Assembly: GCA_030765405.1 (NCBI GenBank)
Contig: JAVCCP010000041.1
Span: 1-47,405 of the forward strand
DNA: 47,405 bases
Origin: Candidatus Ancaeobacter aquaticus
Lineage (GTDB): Bacteria > Auribacterota > Ancaeobacteria > Ancaeobacterales > Ancaeobacteraceae
Direction of reading: 5' to 3'
In this document: piece after piece, positions 10,053 to 20,494 of the stretch
How the letters are laid out: each line of letters starts with the position of its first letter
Numbering within the stretch: position 1 is the stretch's first letter
Program-made: the position numbers and the translations under genes
Notes under the pieces: model-generated
Told to the model about the DNA's origin: nothing
The model's database searches: none
The model's input: only the letters and a program-made list of their open reading frames with translations

Positions 10053-13000
10053 TATGAAGGTATTCCCATATGATATTCTTGCAATGCTTTAACCGTTAGT
10101 TTTCTCTTTGCCATTTCATCAATACCGTTAACCACTGCTTGCGCGGCTGATAATGTAGTAATGATCGGAACATTATGCGCAACGGCAGTTGATCGTATCT
10201 TTACCTCATCTTCAAGAGGAATTTGCCCTGAAGGAGTATTAATAATAAGATCAATGTCATCGTTCTTAATATAATCCAATATGTTTGGACGTCCCTCACT
10301 TACTTTAAAAAGCGGTACAGCATCAATCCCGTTATTCTTGAAAACTTTTGCGGTCCCGCTAGACGCAACTATTTTATACCCAATATCAAGTAATCGTTTA
10401 GCAATAAATACTATTTTTCGTTTATCTTGATTTTTTACACTGATAAATACTGTGCCACTCATTGGCAATTTCTGCCCGGTACCCATCTGCGATTTTGCAA
10501 ATGCAAGCCCCATAACTGAATCGATACCCATTACTTCACCCGTTGATTTCATTTCAGGCCCGAGAAGAATATCGACTCCCGGAAACCGTATAAACGGTAA
10601 AACCGCTTCTTTGACAGAAAAATGATCTATCGTAACCTCTTCCGTAAAACCAAGTTCTTTCAATGTTTTTCCTGCCATCACTTTTGCCGCAATTTTTGCA
10701 AGCGGCACACCGATCGATTTACTCACAAACGGTATCGTTCGTGATGCACGCGGATTCACTTCAAGTACATATATAACATCATTTCTTACCGCAAACTGAA
10801 TATTCATCAACCCCTTAACATTCAGCTCAAGAGCTAATACATGCGTGTCCTTTTTGATCTTTGCCGCAATCTCATCTGAAAGAGAAAAATACGGAATTAT
10901 GCATGCGCTATCACCGGAATGTATTCCCGCTTCTTCAATGTGCTCCATTACCGCACCAACAACAACAGTTTCTCCGTCAGATACTGCATCAACATCTATT
11001 TCAACCGCATCTTCAAGAAACTTATCGACCAAGATCGGATGATCAGGTGACACCTTTACTGCATGGGTCATATATTCAACGAGTGACGCCTCATCAAAAA
11101 CTATTTTCATTGCTCGACCACCCAAAACATATGAAGGTCTCACAACAACAGGATAGCCAATATCCTTTGCAATACTTATCGCTTGATCAGTATTTATCGC
11201 GGTACCATTAGCTGGTTGGATCAGACCAAGCTTTTTAAGCATCTTCTGAAATTTCTCTCTGTTCTCAGCGACATCTATACTTTCAGGAGATGTACCAATA
11301 ATATTTACCCCTGCTTTTTTAAGCCTTAATGCAAGATTAAGCGGGGTCTGCCCACCTAACTGTACAATTGCACCAGAACATTCTTCACGTTCATAAATAT
11401 TTAATACATCCTCAAACGTAAGCGGCTCAAAATATAATTTATCCGACGAATCATAATCAGTGGATACTGTCTCCGGATTACTGTTAACCATTATTGTTTC
11501 ATACCCGTCCTCTTTTAAAGCAAATGATGCATGCACACAACAATAATCAAACTCGATACCCTGGCCAATTCTATTTGGCCCGCCACCAAGGATCATAATT
11601 TTCTTTTTATCAGTTTTTCGTACTTCATCATCAGTTATCTGGGCTACATTCCCTGCATCATCAACATGATAAAACGGCCGTTGATAAGTAGAATAATAAT
11701 ATGGTGTATACGCCTCAAACTCAGCTGCACAGGTATCAACAAGCTTATATACAGGCTCTATCCCCATCTCTTTTCTCATAGAACGCACTGCAATTTCATC
11801 TAACCCTGTTAAGCACGCAATCTGCACATCGGAATAACCGAGTTCTTTTGCCCTAAAAAACAATTCGTGTTCATTTTTTAAAGATTGAGGATCTTTAAAC
11901 GCCTTTACCTTTTCTTTAAACTCCACCTCAAAATCAATGATATCTTTAATATTATGTAAAAACCACTTATCTATCTTTGTGAGATCAAATATATCTGAGA
12001 CAGTAAATCCTGTTTTAAACGCTTGAACAATTGCAGATATTCTATCTTCACGCGGCACAAGAAGTTTTTGCCTGAGTTCGTCTCTGCTGGTTGTCGTAAG
12101 CTCCATAGCATCGGCAACAAGACCAAACCGCTTTATTTCAAGGGACCGCATCGCTTTTTGCATTGCCTCCTTAAACGTAGACCCGATAGACATCACCTCA
12201 CCGACAGATTTCATCTGTATCGCTAAAGTAGAATCAGCACCCGGAAACTTTTCAAATGCAAATCGCGGTATCTTAACCACACAATAATCTATTGATGGCT
12301 CAAAACATGCAGTTGTTTCTTTCGTAATATCATTGGGTATTTCATCTAAGGTGTATCCTACGGCAAGTTTTGCGGCTATCTTTGCTATAGGAAAACCTGT
12401 CGCCTTTGATGCAAGTGCAGAGCTTCTGGATACACGAGGGTTCATTTCAATTATGACCATGCGGCCATTAGCAGGGTTGACTGCAAACTGTATATTCGAC
12501 CCTCCTGTTTCAACACCAATTGCACGAATAATTTTTTTAGATGCATCACGCATTTCCTGATAACATTTATCAGAAAGTGTTTGTGCAGGCGCTACCGTGA
12601 TACTGTCACCGGTATGGATCCCCATCGGATCAAAGTTTTCAATAGAGCATATGATAACGACATTATCTTTTTTGTCGCGCATCACCTCAAGTTCAAATTC
12701 CTGCCACCCCAATAAACTTTCTTCTATTAACACTTCACTTACCGGACTGTATTCAATACCTTTTGCGACAATAGTTTCATATTCTTCTTTATTGTATGCG
12801 ATACCGCCACCAGTTCCCCCTAAAGTAAAACTAGGTCTTATGATAAGCGGATAGGTGCCGATGTCGCTGGCAATCTTGCGTGCATCTTCAAGGTTTTTTG
12901 CATACCCCGACTTTGGCAGATCAAGACCGATCTCAATCATGGTCTTTTTAAAAAGTTCTCGATCTTCACCTTTTTTAATAACATCAGCTTTCGCGGCAAG

Positions 13001-13345
13001 CATTTCAACATTGTATTTATCTAATATTCCTTTATCAGCGAGTTCAATCGCAACGTTAAGGCCAGTTTGACCTCCAAGTGTTGGAAGAACTGCATCAGGA
13101 CGCTCTTTTTTAATGATCATTTCAATAATCTCTGCAGTAATCGGTTCAATATATGTCTTATCGGCAAATTCAGGATCAGTCATAATGGTTGCCGGGTTAC
13201 TGTTGATCAAAACAACTTCGTATCCTTCTTCGCGTAACGCTTTACATGCCTGCGTTCCCGAATAGTCAAATTCACATGCCTGACCAATAATGATCGGTCC
13301 TGATCCTATAAGTAAAATCTTTTTTATGTCTGTACGCTTTGGCAT
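10052..13345 (-). CDS. carB: Carbamoyl-phosphate synthase large subunit
   Basis: [21 protein letters not shown], duplicated ATP-grasp domains, C-terminal MGS domain; TAATG coupling with pyrK. Confidence 0.99.
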   Translation of the reverse strand: MPKRTDIKKILLIGSGPIIIGQACEFDYSGTQACKALREEGYEVVLINSNPATIMTDPEFADKTYIEPITAEIIEMIIKKERPDAVLPTLGGQTGLNVAIELADKGILDKYNVEMLAAKADVIKKGEDRELFKKTMIEIGLDLPKSGYAKNLEDARKIASDIGTYPLIIRPSFTLGGTGGGIAYNKEEYETIVAKGIEYSPVSEVLIEESLLGWQEFELEVMRDKKDNVVIICSIENFDPMGIHTGDSITVAPAQTLSDKCYQEMRDASKKIIRAIGVETGGSNIQFAVNPANGRMVIIEMNPRVSRSSALASKATGFPIAKIAAKLAVGYTLDEIPNDITKETTACFEPSIDYCVVKIPRFAFEKFPGADSTLAIQMKSVGEVMSIGSTFKEAMQKAMRSLEIKRFGLVADAMELTTTSRDELRQKLLVPREDRISAIVQAFKTGFTVSDIFDLTKIDKWFLHNIKDIIDFEVEFKEKVKAFKDPQSLKNEHELFFRAKELGYSDVQIACLTGLDEIAVRSMRKEMGIEPVYKLVDTCAAEFEAYTPYYYSTYQRPFYHVDDAGNVAQITDDEVRKTDKKKIMILGGGPNRIGQGIEFDYCCVHASFALKEDGYETIMVNSNPETVSTDYDSSDKLYFEPLTFEDVLNIYEREECSGAIVQLGGQTPLNLALRLKKAGVNIIGTSPESIDVAENREKFQKMLKKLGLIQPANGTAINTDQAISIAKDIGYPVVVRPSYVLGGRAMKIVFDEASLVEYMTHAVKVSPDHPILVDKFLEDAVEIDVDAVSDGETVVVGAVMEHIEEAGIHSGDSACIIPYFSLSDEIAAKIKKDTHVLALELNVKGLMNIQFAVRNDVIYVLEVNPRASRTIPFVSKSIGVPLAKIAAKVMAGKTLKELGFTEEVTIDHFSVKEAVLPFIRFPGVDILLGPEMKSTGEVMGIDSVMGLAFAKSQMGTGQKLPMSGTVFISVKNQDKRKIVFIAKRLLDIGYKIVASSGTAKVFKNNGIDAVPLFKVSEGRPNILDYIKNDDIDLIINTPSGQIPLEDEVKIRSTAVAHNVPIITTLSAAQAVVNGIDEMAKRKLTVKALQEYHMGIPS

Positions 13346-13368
13346 GTACTATTCCTAATTTCTCATGT

Positions 13369-14514
13369 CTAATTTTTGTGTTTTTCCATTAGTTCTGTAA
13401 ACATTTCAAATAAATATTCTGAATCATGCGGTCCCGGTGAAGATTCCGGATGATACTGCACACTGAAAAGCGGTTTTTGTGTATGCCGTAATCCTTCACA
13501 GGTTTTATCATTTAAATTGATATGTGTCTGGTCAATCTCTTTTGGTAATGTCTTCATATCTATTGCAAACCCATGATTTTGAGAAGTGATTTCAACTCTT
13601 TTTGTGGGGATATGCATAACCGGTTGGTTTCCTCCACGGTTACCGAATTTCAACTTATATGTTTTGCCGCCTAACGCTAAACCAAGGAGCTGATGCCCAA
13701 GGCAAATCCCAAATATTGGAACCTTACCAATACACTGACTGATTGTTTCTACTGCATACGGTAAGCCTTCAGGGTCTCCGGGACCGTTTGACAAAAATAA
13801 GCCGTCAGGTTGTATCTTCATGATCTGGTCATATTTTGTTGATGCCGGAAATACATGACAATCGCATCCACGTTGACGTAACATGCGAAGAATATTCAAC
13901 TTTATTCCAAAATCCATTACTGCAACCTTGTATTTTTTCTTTGGCAAGGGAACAGTTTTATCTCCCGGCAACCACTGAGGGCTTAATACATTATCTGGGT
14001 CCCAATGGTATGTTTCTTTTGAGGTTACTTCCTGCACAAGATCACGTCCAACAAGACCGGGCGATTTTCGCGCTTTTTCAACAAGTGTCTTTAAGTCAGC
14101 TTCGACCGTTGTGATAATACCTTTTAACGCGCCATTGATGCGTGTCCGCCTCGTTATTGCACGGGTGTCTACTCCTTCAATACCGATAATATTATTTTTC
14201 TTTAAGTAGTCATCTAGAGACATGTTCGAACGATAATTACTAAATATAGTGCTCTTCTCATGAACAACAAAGCCTTCAACCCATGGACGGCATGACTCAA
14301 CATCAATATCGTTGATACCATAGTTACCTATCAAAGGATAGGTCATGGTAACGATTTGCCCCTTGTAGGAAGGATCGGTAAGAATTTCCTGGTACCCCAT
14401 CATACTGGTATTAAAAACAACTTCTCCGTCTTTCTCTCCTGTCGCACCAAACGCACGCCCCACAAAAACTGATCCATCTTCTAACGCTAAAAATGCTTTC
14501 ATGAATTCGTTCAT
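13369..14514 (-). CDS. carA: Carbamoyl-phosphate synthase small subunit (start probably 14514 or 14502, not 14586)
   Basis: LALEDGSVF, GEVVFNTSMMGYQE, SNGPGDP, FGICLGHQ, QYHPE. Homology starts at MKAFL; AAGG precedes 14514. Confidence 0.96.
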   Translation of the reverse strand: MNEFMKAFLALEDGSVFVGRAFGATGEKDGEVVFNTSMMGYQEILTDPSYKGQIVTMTYPLIGNYGINDIDVESCRPWVEGFVVHEKSTIFSNYRSNMSLDDYLKKNNIIGIEGVDTRAITRRTRINGALKGIITTVEADLKTLVEKARKSPGLVGRDLVQEVTSKETYHWDPDNVLSPQWLPGDKTVPLPKKKYKVAVMDFGIKLNILRMLRQRGCDCHVFPASTKYDQIMKIQPDGLFLSNGPGDPEGLPYAVETISQCIGKVPIFGICLGHQLLGLALGGKTYKLKFGNRGGNQPVMHIPTKRVEITSQNHGFAIDMKTLPKEIDQTHINLNDKTCEGLRHTQKPLFSVQYHPESSPGPHDSEYLFEMFTELMEKHKN

Positions 14515-14528
14515 CGCCTTTCGTTCAC

Positions 14529-14578
14529 ACCCATAAAATTTATAAATAAATTTTTCTGGGTATTGTCCCCGTAGGGGA
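14529..14578. repeat. Two intergenic hairpins between pyrC and carA
   Basis: ACCCA-AT-rich stem-TGGGT (14529-14561) and TCCCC-GTA-GGGGA (14566-14578). Confidence 0.6.
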
Positions 14579-14612
14579 TCGTTCATCGCAAAAACTTTTT
14601 CCTTTTGCCGTT

Positions 14613-15899
14613 TTACTTATTAATATCATAAACGGTTTTACCGTTTACGATTGTCATATACACTTCACCCTTAAGTTTCCATCCATGAAACGGGGTGTTC
14701 CTACTTTTTGATGCAAATGTATTTTTATCCACAACATACTCTTTTTTCGTATCAACAACAGTGATATCGGCAAAACATCCCTTCCCTAAAGATCCTCTTT
14801 TATCGAGCTTGAATATTCTTGCCGGGTCAGTAGAAAACTTTTTTACAAGATCAGTTAAACTTAATACCTTCTTTTCAACAAGCTCAGTTATCGCAAGGCC
14901 AACTGCTGTTTCAAGACCAATAATACCAAATGGTGCGTAACTAAACTCAAGATCTTTTTCATAATCGGTGTGCGGCGCGTGATCCGTTGCTATAACACCA
15001 AGCGTCCCATCTTTTAATCCTTCAATAATACTTTCTCTATCTTTTGCGGTTCTTAGCGGAGGATTCATTTTTAGGTGGGTGTCATATGAAGTTAAAACCT
15101 CATCAGTGAGAGAAAAGTAATGTGGCGCTGTCTCAGCAGTTACCTTTACGCCTGCTTTAATTGCATCACGTATCAGCGCAACACTACCCGCAGTACTCGT
15201 ATGAGCGATATGAATTTGTGCACCGGTATGCTTACTCAATATTAAATCACGTGCAACCATAACGTCTTCTGCAGCATTAGGAATACCGGCAAGACCAAGA
15301 ACAGTAGACCAATACCCTTCATTCATGGCACCTTTTTTCGCTAAACTCTTATCTTCACAGTGTAAAATGAGCGGTAACCCAAACATCGTCGCATATTCCA
15401 TTGCGCTGCGCATTAAATCCGAATCATCGACTGAAAAACCGTCATCTGATACCGCTACAACACCGGCATCTTTTAGTTCTGCCATTTCAGAAAGTTCTTT
15501 ACCCTCCTGTTTCTTTGTAATTGCTCCAACAGGAAAAACATTGACTACTCCTTCGCTTTTAGCTTTTGCATGTATAAATTCTACCGTTTCAGAATTATCA
15601 ATTACCGGATACGTGTTAGGCATACAAAAGACAGCGGTAAAACCACCTTTTGCCGCGGCTCGAGTACCGCTTGCAATTGTTTCTTTATCTTCCCTACCTG
15701 GTTCACGTAAATGGGTATGGACATCAATAAAACCGGGAAACACGTGCTTCCCTGTCAGATCAATTGTTTCCACTCCTTCTCCTACCGTAATATCTTTTGC
15801 TACCTCACAAATATTATTTCCTTTAATAAGAATATCACTAATACCATTAATATTATTTGCGGGATCAATCACATGCCCATTTTTTAATAGTTTTTCCAT
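14613..15899 (-). CDS. pyrC: Dihydroorotase (multifunctional-complex type)
   Basis: PGFIDVHTHLREPG, MPNT, HCED, KMNPPLR, ATDHAPH. Confidence 0.97.
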   Translation of the reverse strand: MEKLLKNGHVIDPANNINGISDILIKGNNICEVAKDITVGEGVETIDLTGKHVFPGFIDVHTHLREPGREDKETIASGTRAAAKGGFTAVFCMPNTYPVIDNSETVEFIHAKAKSEGVVNVFPVGAITKKQEGKELSEMAELKDAGVVAVSDDGFSVDDSDLMRSAMEYATMFGLPLILHCEDKSLAKKGAMNEGYWSTVLGLAGIPNAAEDVMVARDLILSKHTGAQIHIAHTSTAGSVALIRDAIKAGVKVTAETAPHYFSLTDEVLTSYDTHLKMNPPLRTAKDRESIIEGLKDGTLGVIATDHAPHTDYEKDLEFSYAPFGIIGLETAVGLAITELVEKKVLSLTDLVKKFSTDPARIFKLDKRGSLGKGCFADITVVDTKKEYVVDKNTFASKSRNTPFHGWKLKGEVYMTIVNGKTVYDINK

Positions 15900-15910
15900 A
15901 CAGCACCTAC

Positions 15911-16864
15911 CTATTCATCATTATCTGCAAACTTATTCTTTTTTATACTCGACACTAAAAACAAAACTGCCATCCGAGTTGCAAGACCATTAGTCACCTG
16001 ATCAAGAATCACCGACTGAGGACCATCTGCAACCTCACTTGATATTTCAACCCCTCGATTGATCGGTCCTGGATGCATGACAATAATATCTTCTTTTGCA
16101 CATGAGAGTTTTTCTTTTGTCAGGCCATATAACCGCGCATATTCACGTATTGAAGGAAACACATTACTCATAAGCCGTTCATTCTGTACACGCAACATGT
16201 ACACCACATCTACCTCTCGCAAAGCACTCATAAAATCTGTCTGTACCGTTACCCCCATCTGTTCTATACCGGCTGGAATCAATGTCCGCGGCCCAACAAC
16301 AGTAACTTCTGCACCCAGTTTTGTCAGCCCCCATATATTTGATCGGGCAACCCTACTGTGGGTAATATCGCCAACAATGGCGACTTTTAAGCCTTCAATT
16401 TTTCCCTTTTTCTCTTTCAACGTATATAAATCGAGTAAGGCCTGCGTCGGATGTTCGTGAGATCCATCTCCCGCATTAATAATAGATACGTCAGGGAAAG
16501 CATTGGCAACAAGCTGTGGCGCACCAGAATCAGAGTGGCGTATAATAATAATGTCTGCCTTGAGCGCTTGAAGGTTACGTATCGTATCTTTGAGTGATTC
16601 ACCTTTTGTAACACTACTTGTCGGTGATGAAATATTTAAGATGTCTGCGCTTAATCGTTTTGCTGAAAGCTCAAATGATGCCCGTGTACGTGTGCTTGGT
16701 TCGAAAAAGAAGTTTACTACAGTCTTACCACGCAAGGCCGGCACTTTTTTGATCGGCCGAAGAGATATCTCTTTAAACGAATCGGCAGTTTCTAAAAGTA
16801 GCTCTAGTTCTTCTTTCGACAGATCCCGTATCGTTAAGAAATCTTTTTTTGTCCAGACAGCCAT
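15911..16864 (-). CDS. pyrB: Aspartate carbamoyltransferase catalytic subunit
   Basis: [43 protein letters not shown]. Confidence 0.98.
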   Translation of the reverse strand: MAVWTKKDFLTIRDLSKEELELLLETADSFKEISLRPIKKVPALRGKTVVNFFFEPSTRTRASFELSAKRLSADILNISSPTSSVTKGESLKDTIRNLQALKADIIIIRHSDSGAPQLVANAFPDVSIINAGDGSHEHPTQALLDLYTLKEKKGKIEGLKVAIVGDITHSRVARSNIWGLTKLGAEVTVVGPRTLIPAGIEQMGVTVQTDFMSALREVDVVYMLRVQNERLMSNVFPSIREYARLYGLTKEKLSCAKEDIIVMHPGPINRGVEISSEVADGPQSVILDQVTNGLATRMAVLFLVSSIKKNKFADNDE

Positions 16865-16875
16865 AGCTTTCCCCT

Positions 16876-17409
16876 CTACTCATCAACAACAATGATTTCT
16901 TCTTCATTATCAGTATCTTGCAACTTTACTTTTACACTTTCATCATTTGATGTCGGAATATTTTTTCCTACATAATCCGGTCGAATCGGCAGTTCCCTAT
17001 GACCCCGGTCAATAAGTACCGCAAGCTGAATTTTTGCCGGCCGACCAATATCAATCAAGGCATCAAGCGCAGCACGTATTGTCCTGCCCGAAAAAACCAC
17101 ATCATCTACAAGAATAATAATTTTGTCGGTAATATCAAAATTAATTTCCGTTTTCTTCACTTCAGGCTGTTTTTGTCTTAGAGCTAAATCATCACGATAA
17201 AATGTAATGTCTAATGCACCCATTGGCACTTTGATCTTCTCAATATCATTGATGCATTTTACAATACGTTCAGCAATATACACACCGCGTGTCCTGATCC
17301 CCACAATAATAATATCATTTGCGCCTTTATTCTTCTCAAGGATCTCATGACTGATACGGATTATTGCCCGTTCAATCGCCTTATCATCCATTATCAGCTT
17401 ATCTTTCAT
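16876..17409 (-). CDS. pyrR: Pyrimidine operon attenuation regulator / UPRTase PyrR
   Basis: [50 protein letters not shown]. Confidence 0.97.
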   Translation of the reverse strand: MKDKLIMDDKAIERAIIRISHEILEKNKGANDIIIVGIRTRGVYIAERIVKCINDIEKIKVPMGALDITFYRDDLALRQKQPEVKKTEINFDITDKIIILVDDVVFSGRTIRAALDALIDIGRPAKIQLAVLIDRGHRELPIRPDYVGKNIPTSNDESVKVKLQDTDNEEEIIVVDE

Positions 17410-17442
17410 CTTTTCTCCACTCCATATATTCTAATTTTATGC

Positions 17443-17480
17443 AAAAAAAAAGACTGCTATCAGTTATTGATAGAGTCTTC
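17443..17480 (-). terminator. Attenuator terminator in the pyr leader
   Basis: AAGACT-CTATCA-ataac-TGATAG-c-AGTCTT followed by a T run, upstream of the pyrR start. Confidence 0.85.
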
Positions 17481-17514
17481 ATTGATCTTTTGTATACGTT
17501 TTTTCATTTTTTAT

Positions 17515-17547
17515 CCTTTGCCAGTCTCTCAGGACCAGCTTAAAAGG
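17515..17547 (-). promoter_or_regulatory. PyrR-binding RNA stem-loop (anti-antiterminator)
   Basis: CCTTT-TAAG-CTGGTC-CTGAGA-GACTGG-C-AAAGG matches the CUUUAA..ARUCC.NGAGAG.YU..AAAG PyrR site consensus. Confidence 0.88.
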
Positions 17548-17557
17548 TTCAGTATCT

Positions 17558-17585
17558 ATAATACACTCTACTGAGCTAATGTCAA
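17558..17585 (-). promoter_or_regulatory. Sigma-70 promoter of the pyr operon
   Basis: TTGACA-N16-TATTAT about 10 nt upstream of the PyrR loop. Confidence 0.7.
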
Positions 17586-17626
17586 GGGCAATTTATATTT
17601 TCTTATATTACAAAGAAAAAACTGTT

Positions 17627-19339
17627 TTAAACGTAGAGCTTTTCCTCTCTCAACACCTCTTTAATAGTTGGCACAGCGTCATTTATATCTACGAGTGTTG
17701 ATTTTGAATCTTTTCTCATTTTTATTTCCACTTTACCGTCTTTAAAGCTATTTTTTCCCAAAATAAGCTTTACCGGATAGCCAATTAAGTCTGCATCTTT
17801 GAACTTTACACCGGGCGAGACCTGTCTATCGTCTATAACTACCTCTACCCCCTCCTGCAATAGATACTTATAAATCTCATCAGCTGCCTTAAACAGTTCC
17901 TCATCTTTACCTATAGGTAGAACAACAACCTCATATGGAGCTATTGTTGTCGGCCAGATAATGCCATTTTCATCATGGTTTTGCTCAATAATAGCTGCAA
18001 CCGTACGCGAAACACCTATCCCATAGCACCCCATAACGATTTCTTTTTTTCTCCCGTCCTTATCTAAATACATTGCACCTAACGATTGACTGTATTTTGT
18101 GCCTAACTTAAAGACCTGCCCTACTTCAATACCTCTTTTAATCTCTAGCGTACCGGCACATTTTACACACTGATCACCTGTTTTTACCACACCAACATCA
18201 AAGTAGTCATCAACGACAAAATCACGCGGGTCATTAACATTTTTAAAATGTTTATCACGTTTATTTGCACCGGTTATAGCATTCGTGATCCCTTTGAGTG
18301 ACATGTCAGCAATAATACGTATCTGCAATCCGACTGGTCCAGAAAAACCAAGCGGCGCACCGGTTACCTTCTCAATAGTCTCCGGATCAGCCAGAACAAC
18401 ATCATCTGACTGTAAAATCTGTTTTAGTTTAACCTCATTAACATCAACATCACCACGAATAATAACCGCTATCGGTTCACCGCCGACTACATAAATCAGT
18501 GTTTTGATAAATTTCACCGGAGCAGACTTAAAAAAGACCGTTAATTCTTCAACTGTTCTGAGATTAGGTGTATCAACCTCTTCCATATCAAGAACACTTT
18601 CATCTTCTATGCGTACAGAAGGAATCCTTTCTGCGAGTTCCGCATTTGCCGCGTATCCGCATTGCTCACAGAGTGCAATCCCATCTTCACCGCTTGGTGC
18701 AAGCACCATAAACTCATGAGAAATATTTCCGCCCATAACACCAGTATCAGCCTTAACAGGCACAGCCTTCAGTCCACAGCGTTTAAATATCGCTTCATAT
18801 GATTTGAACATATAATGATATGTATTATCGGCACTTTCATCATCAACGTCAAATGAGTATCCGTCTTTCATGATAAATTCTTTTGCGCGGATCACACCAA
18901 AACGCGGTCGTATTTCATCACGAAACTTTGTTTGTATTTGATAAAAGTTTAACGGAAGCTGCTTGTATGAGTTCACTCTCCTCGACACAATATCAGTAAT
19001 GATCTCTTCGTGTGTCGGGCCGAGAATAAATTCTTTGCCTTCACGATTTTTGCACTTCATCATCAAGTCACCCATAAGATCATACCTTCCGCTTCGATCC
19101 CATATTTCACGTGGCTGTAAAACAGGCATCATAAGCTCAATTGCGCCGGCACGATTAAGTTCTTCACGAATAATGCGTTTTACCTTTTCAATAACACGCA
19201 GTCCTAAAGGTAAATAGGTATAGAGACCAGATGAAAGTTTCTGTATACATCCTGCACGAATCATCAGCTTATGACTTGCTATTTCAGCATCTTGCGGGTC
19301 TTCTTTAATTGTCGGGAAGAAACCGGTTGTATATTTCAT
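17627..19339 (-). CDS. proS: Prolyl-tRNA synthetase (bacterial type with editing insertion)
   Basis: LGPTHEE, FYQIQTKFRDEIRPRFG, INS domain, GIEVGQVF, MGCYGIGVSR. Confidence 0.98.
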   Translation of the reverse strand: MKYTTGFFPTIKEDPQDAEIASHKLMIRAGCIQKLSSGLYTYLPLGLRVIEKVKRIIREELNRAGAIELMMPVLQPREIWDRSGRYDLMGDLMMKCKNREGKEFILGPTHEEIITDIVSRRVNSYKQLPLNFYQIQTKFRDEIRPRFGVIRAKEFIMKDGYSFDVDDESADNTYHYMFKSYEAIFKRCGLKAVPVKADTGVMGGNISHEFMVLAPSGEDGIALCEQCGYAANAELAERIPSVRIEDESVLDMEEVDTPNLRTVEELTVFFKSAPVKFIKTLIYVVGGEPIAVIIRGDVDVNEVKLKQILQSDDVVLADPETIEKVTGAPLGFSGPVGLQIRIIADMSLKGITNAITGANKRDKHFKNVNDPRDFVVDDYFDVGVVKTGDQCVKCAGTLEIKRGIEVGQVFKLGTKYSQSLGAMYLDKDGRKKEIVMGCYGIGVSRTVAAIIEQNHDENGIIWPTTIAPYEVVVLPIGKDEELFKAADEIYKYLLQEGVEVVIDDRQVSPGVKFKDADLIGYPVKLILGKNSFKDGKVEIKMRKDSKSTLVDINDAVPTIKEVLREEKLYV

Positions 19340-20388
19340 TTAAGCCGCTCCAATTCTTTTATAAATTCTGGGACCAAATCTTTTTCTTTAACTTTCTTGA
19401 CCACTTTACCTTTACGAAAAATAACACCTACTCCTTTACCGCCGGCAATACCGATATCCGCCTCACGCGCTTCCCCTGGTCCATTTACCACGCATCCCAT
19501 CACAGCAACTTCAATCGGACGAGTGTAACTAGCCATCACTTTATCTATCTTTTTGGCAAGCTCGATCAGGTTCACTTCTGACCTGCCACAGGTCGGACAT
19601 GCTATTAGTGTAGGACCAAATTCACGTAAATTTAAACATTTTAATATCTCTTTTGCTACTTTCACTTCGTTTATCGGATCAGACGTAAGGCTCACTCGCA
19701 CCGTATCGCCTATACCGTCCACGAGGAGCGCCCCGATACCTATTGAGGACTTTATTGTTCCGGCAAAAGGAAGTCCACTGGCAGTAACACCGACATGAAA
19801 CGGATAATCACACTTTTTTGCAAGCACCCTGTATGCCATAACAATATCACGTACATTAGATGCCTTCAGTGATATCTTTATATTCTTAAATCGTTCTTTT
19901 TCGAAAATCTTTAAATACGACAAAACACTATTCACTAAATCTGAAGCACCTTTTGACAAACCTGCGATACGTTTTGAATTCTTTTTTACTGATCCCGAGT
20001 TTGCACCGATACGGATAGGAATACCTCTGGCTTTACATGTTTTAATAACGCTCACAACCTGCTCACGTTTATATATATTTCCCGGATTAAGACGTACACA
20101 ATCCGCATATTTCGCGGCTTCTATTGCCAAACGCCAATCAAAATGAATATCAGCAACAAGAGGTATCGTAATACCTTTTTGGATAGCTTCTAATGCGCGG
20201 GCACTTTCCTTATCTTTTACGGTCACTCTTACGATCTCACAGCCCTGACGTTCCAATAACTTTATCTGAGCAACTGTTTTACGGACATCTTTTGTATCAG
20301 TCGTTGTCATAGACTGTATCGATATTGGCGCAGACCCGCCAATAGGAACCTTCCCAACCATTATCTTTTTTGTCTTTCTTCTCTTCAT
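19336..20388 (-). CDS. ispG: HMBPP synthase
   Basis: PISIQSMT, PLVADIHF, RLNPGNI, GIGDTVRVSLT, CPTCGR..MGCVVNGPGE; ATGA overlap with proS. Confidence 0.98.
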   Translation of the reverse strand: MKRRKTKKIMVGKVPIGGSAPISIQSMTTTDTKDVRKTVAQIKLLERQGCEIVRVTVKDKESARALEAIQKGITIPLVADIHFDWRLAIEAAKYADCVRLNPGNIYKREQVVSVIKTCKARGIPIRIGANSGSVKKNSKRIAGLSKGASDLVNSVLSYLKIFEKERFKNIKISLKASNVRDIVMAYRVLAKKCDYPFHVGVTASGLPFAGTIKSSIGIGALLVDGIGDTVRVSLTSDPINEVKVAKEILKCLNLREFGPTLIACPTCGRSEVNLIELAKKIDKVMASYTRPIEVAVMGCVVNGPGEAREADIGIAGGKGVGVIFRKGKVVKKVKEKDLVPEFIKELERLK

Positions 20389-20405
20389 TAAGGAATCCCT
20401 AATAA

Positions 20406-20494
20406 AAAATTAAAAGTACCGAAGGTACAAAATGCAAACCACCAAAAACACAAAAAAAGTGCCGAAGACGCAAAATTAAAAGTGCCGAAGGCAC
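20406..20494. repeat. Three dispersed copies of an A-tract + cGAAg mini-hairpin unit
   Basis: AAAATTAAAAGTACCGAAGGTAC (20406-20428), AAAAGTGCCGAAGACGC, AAAATTAAAAGTGCCGAAGGCAC (20472-20494). Confidence 0.85.

Noticed and set aside
14515..14586. 24-aa N-terminal extension of CarA in the ORF track
   Set aside because: No CarA homology before MKAFL, and the region is hairpin-rich spacer with an RBS-like AAGG just before 14514.
15325..15993. 222-aa plus-strand ORF, and other antisense ORFs (e.g. 8923-9327, 27916-28365, 37015-37527)
   Set aside because: They lie opposite well-supported genes and have no recognisable motifs; they are codon-bias shadows.
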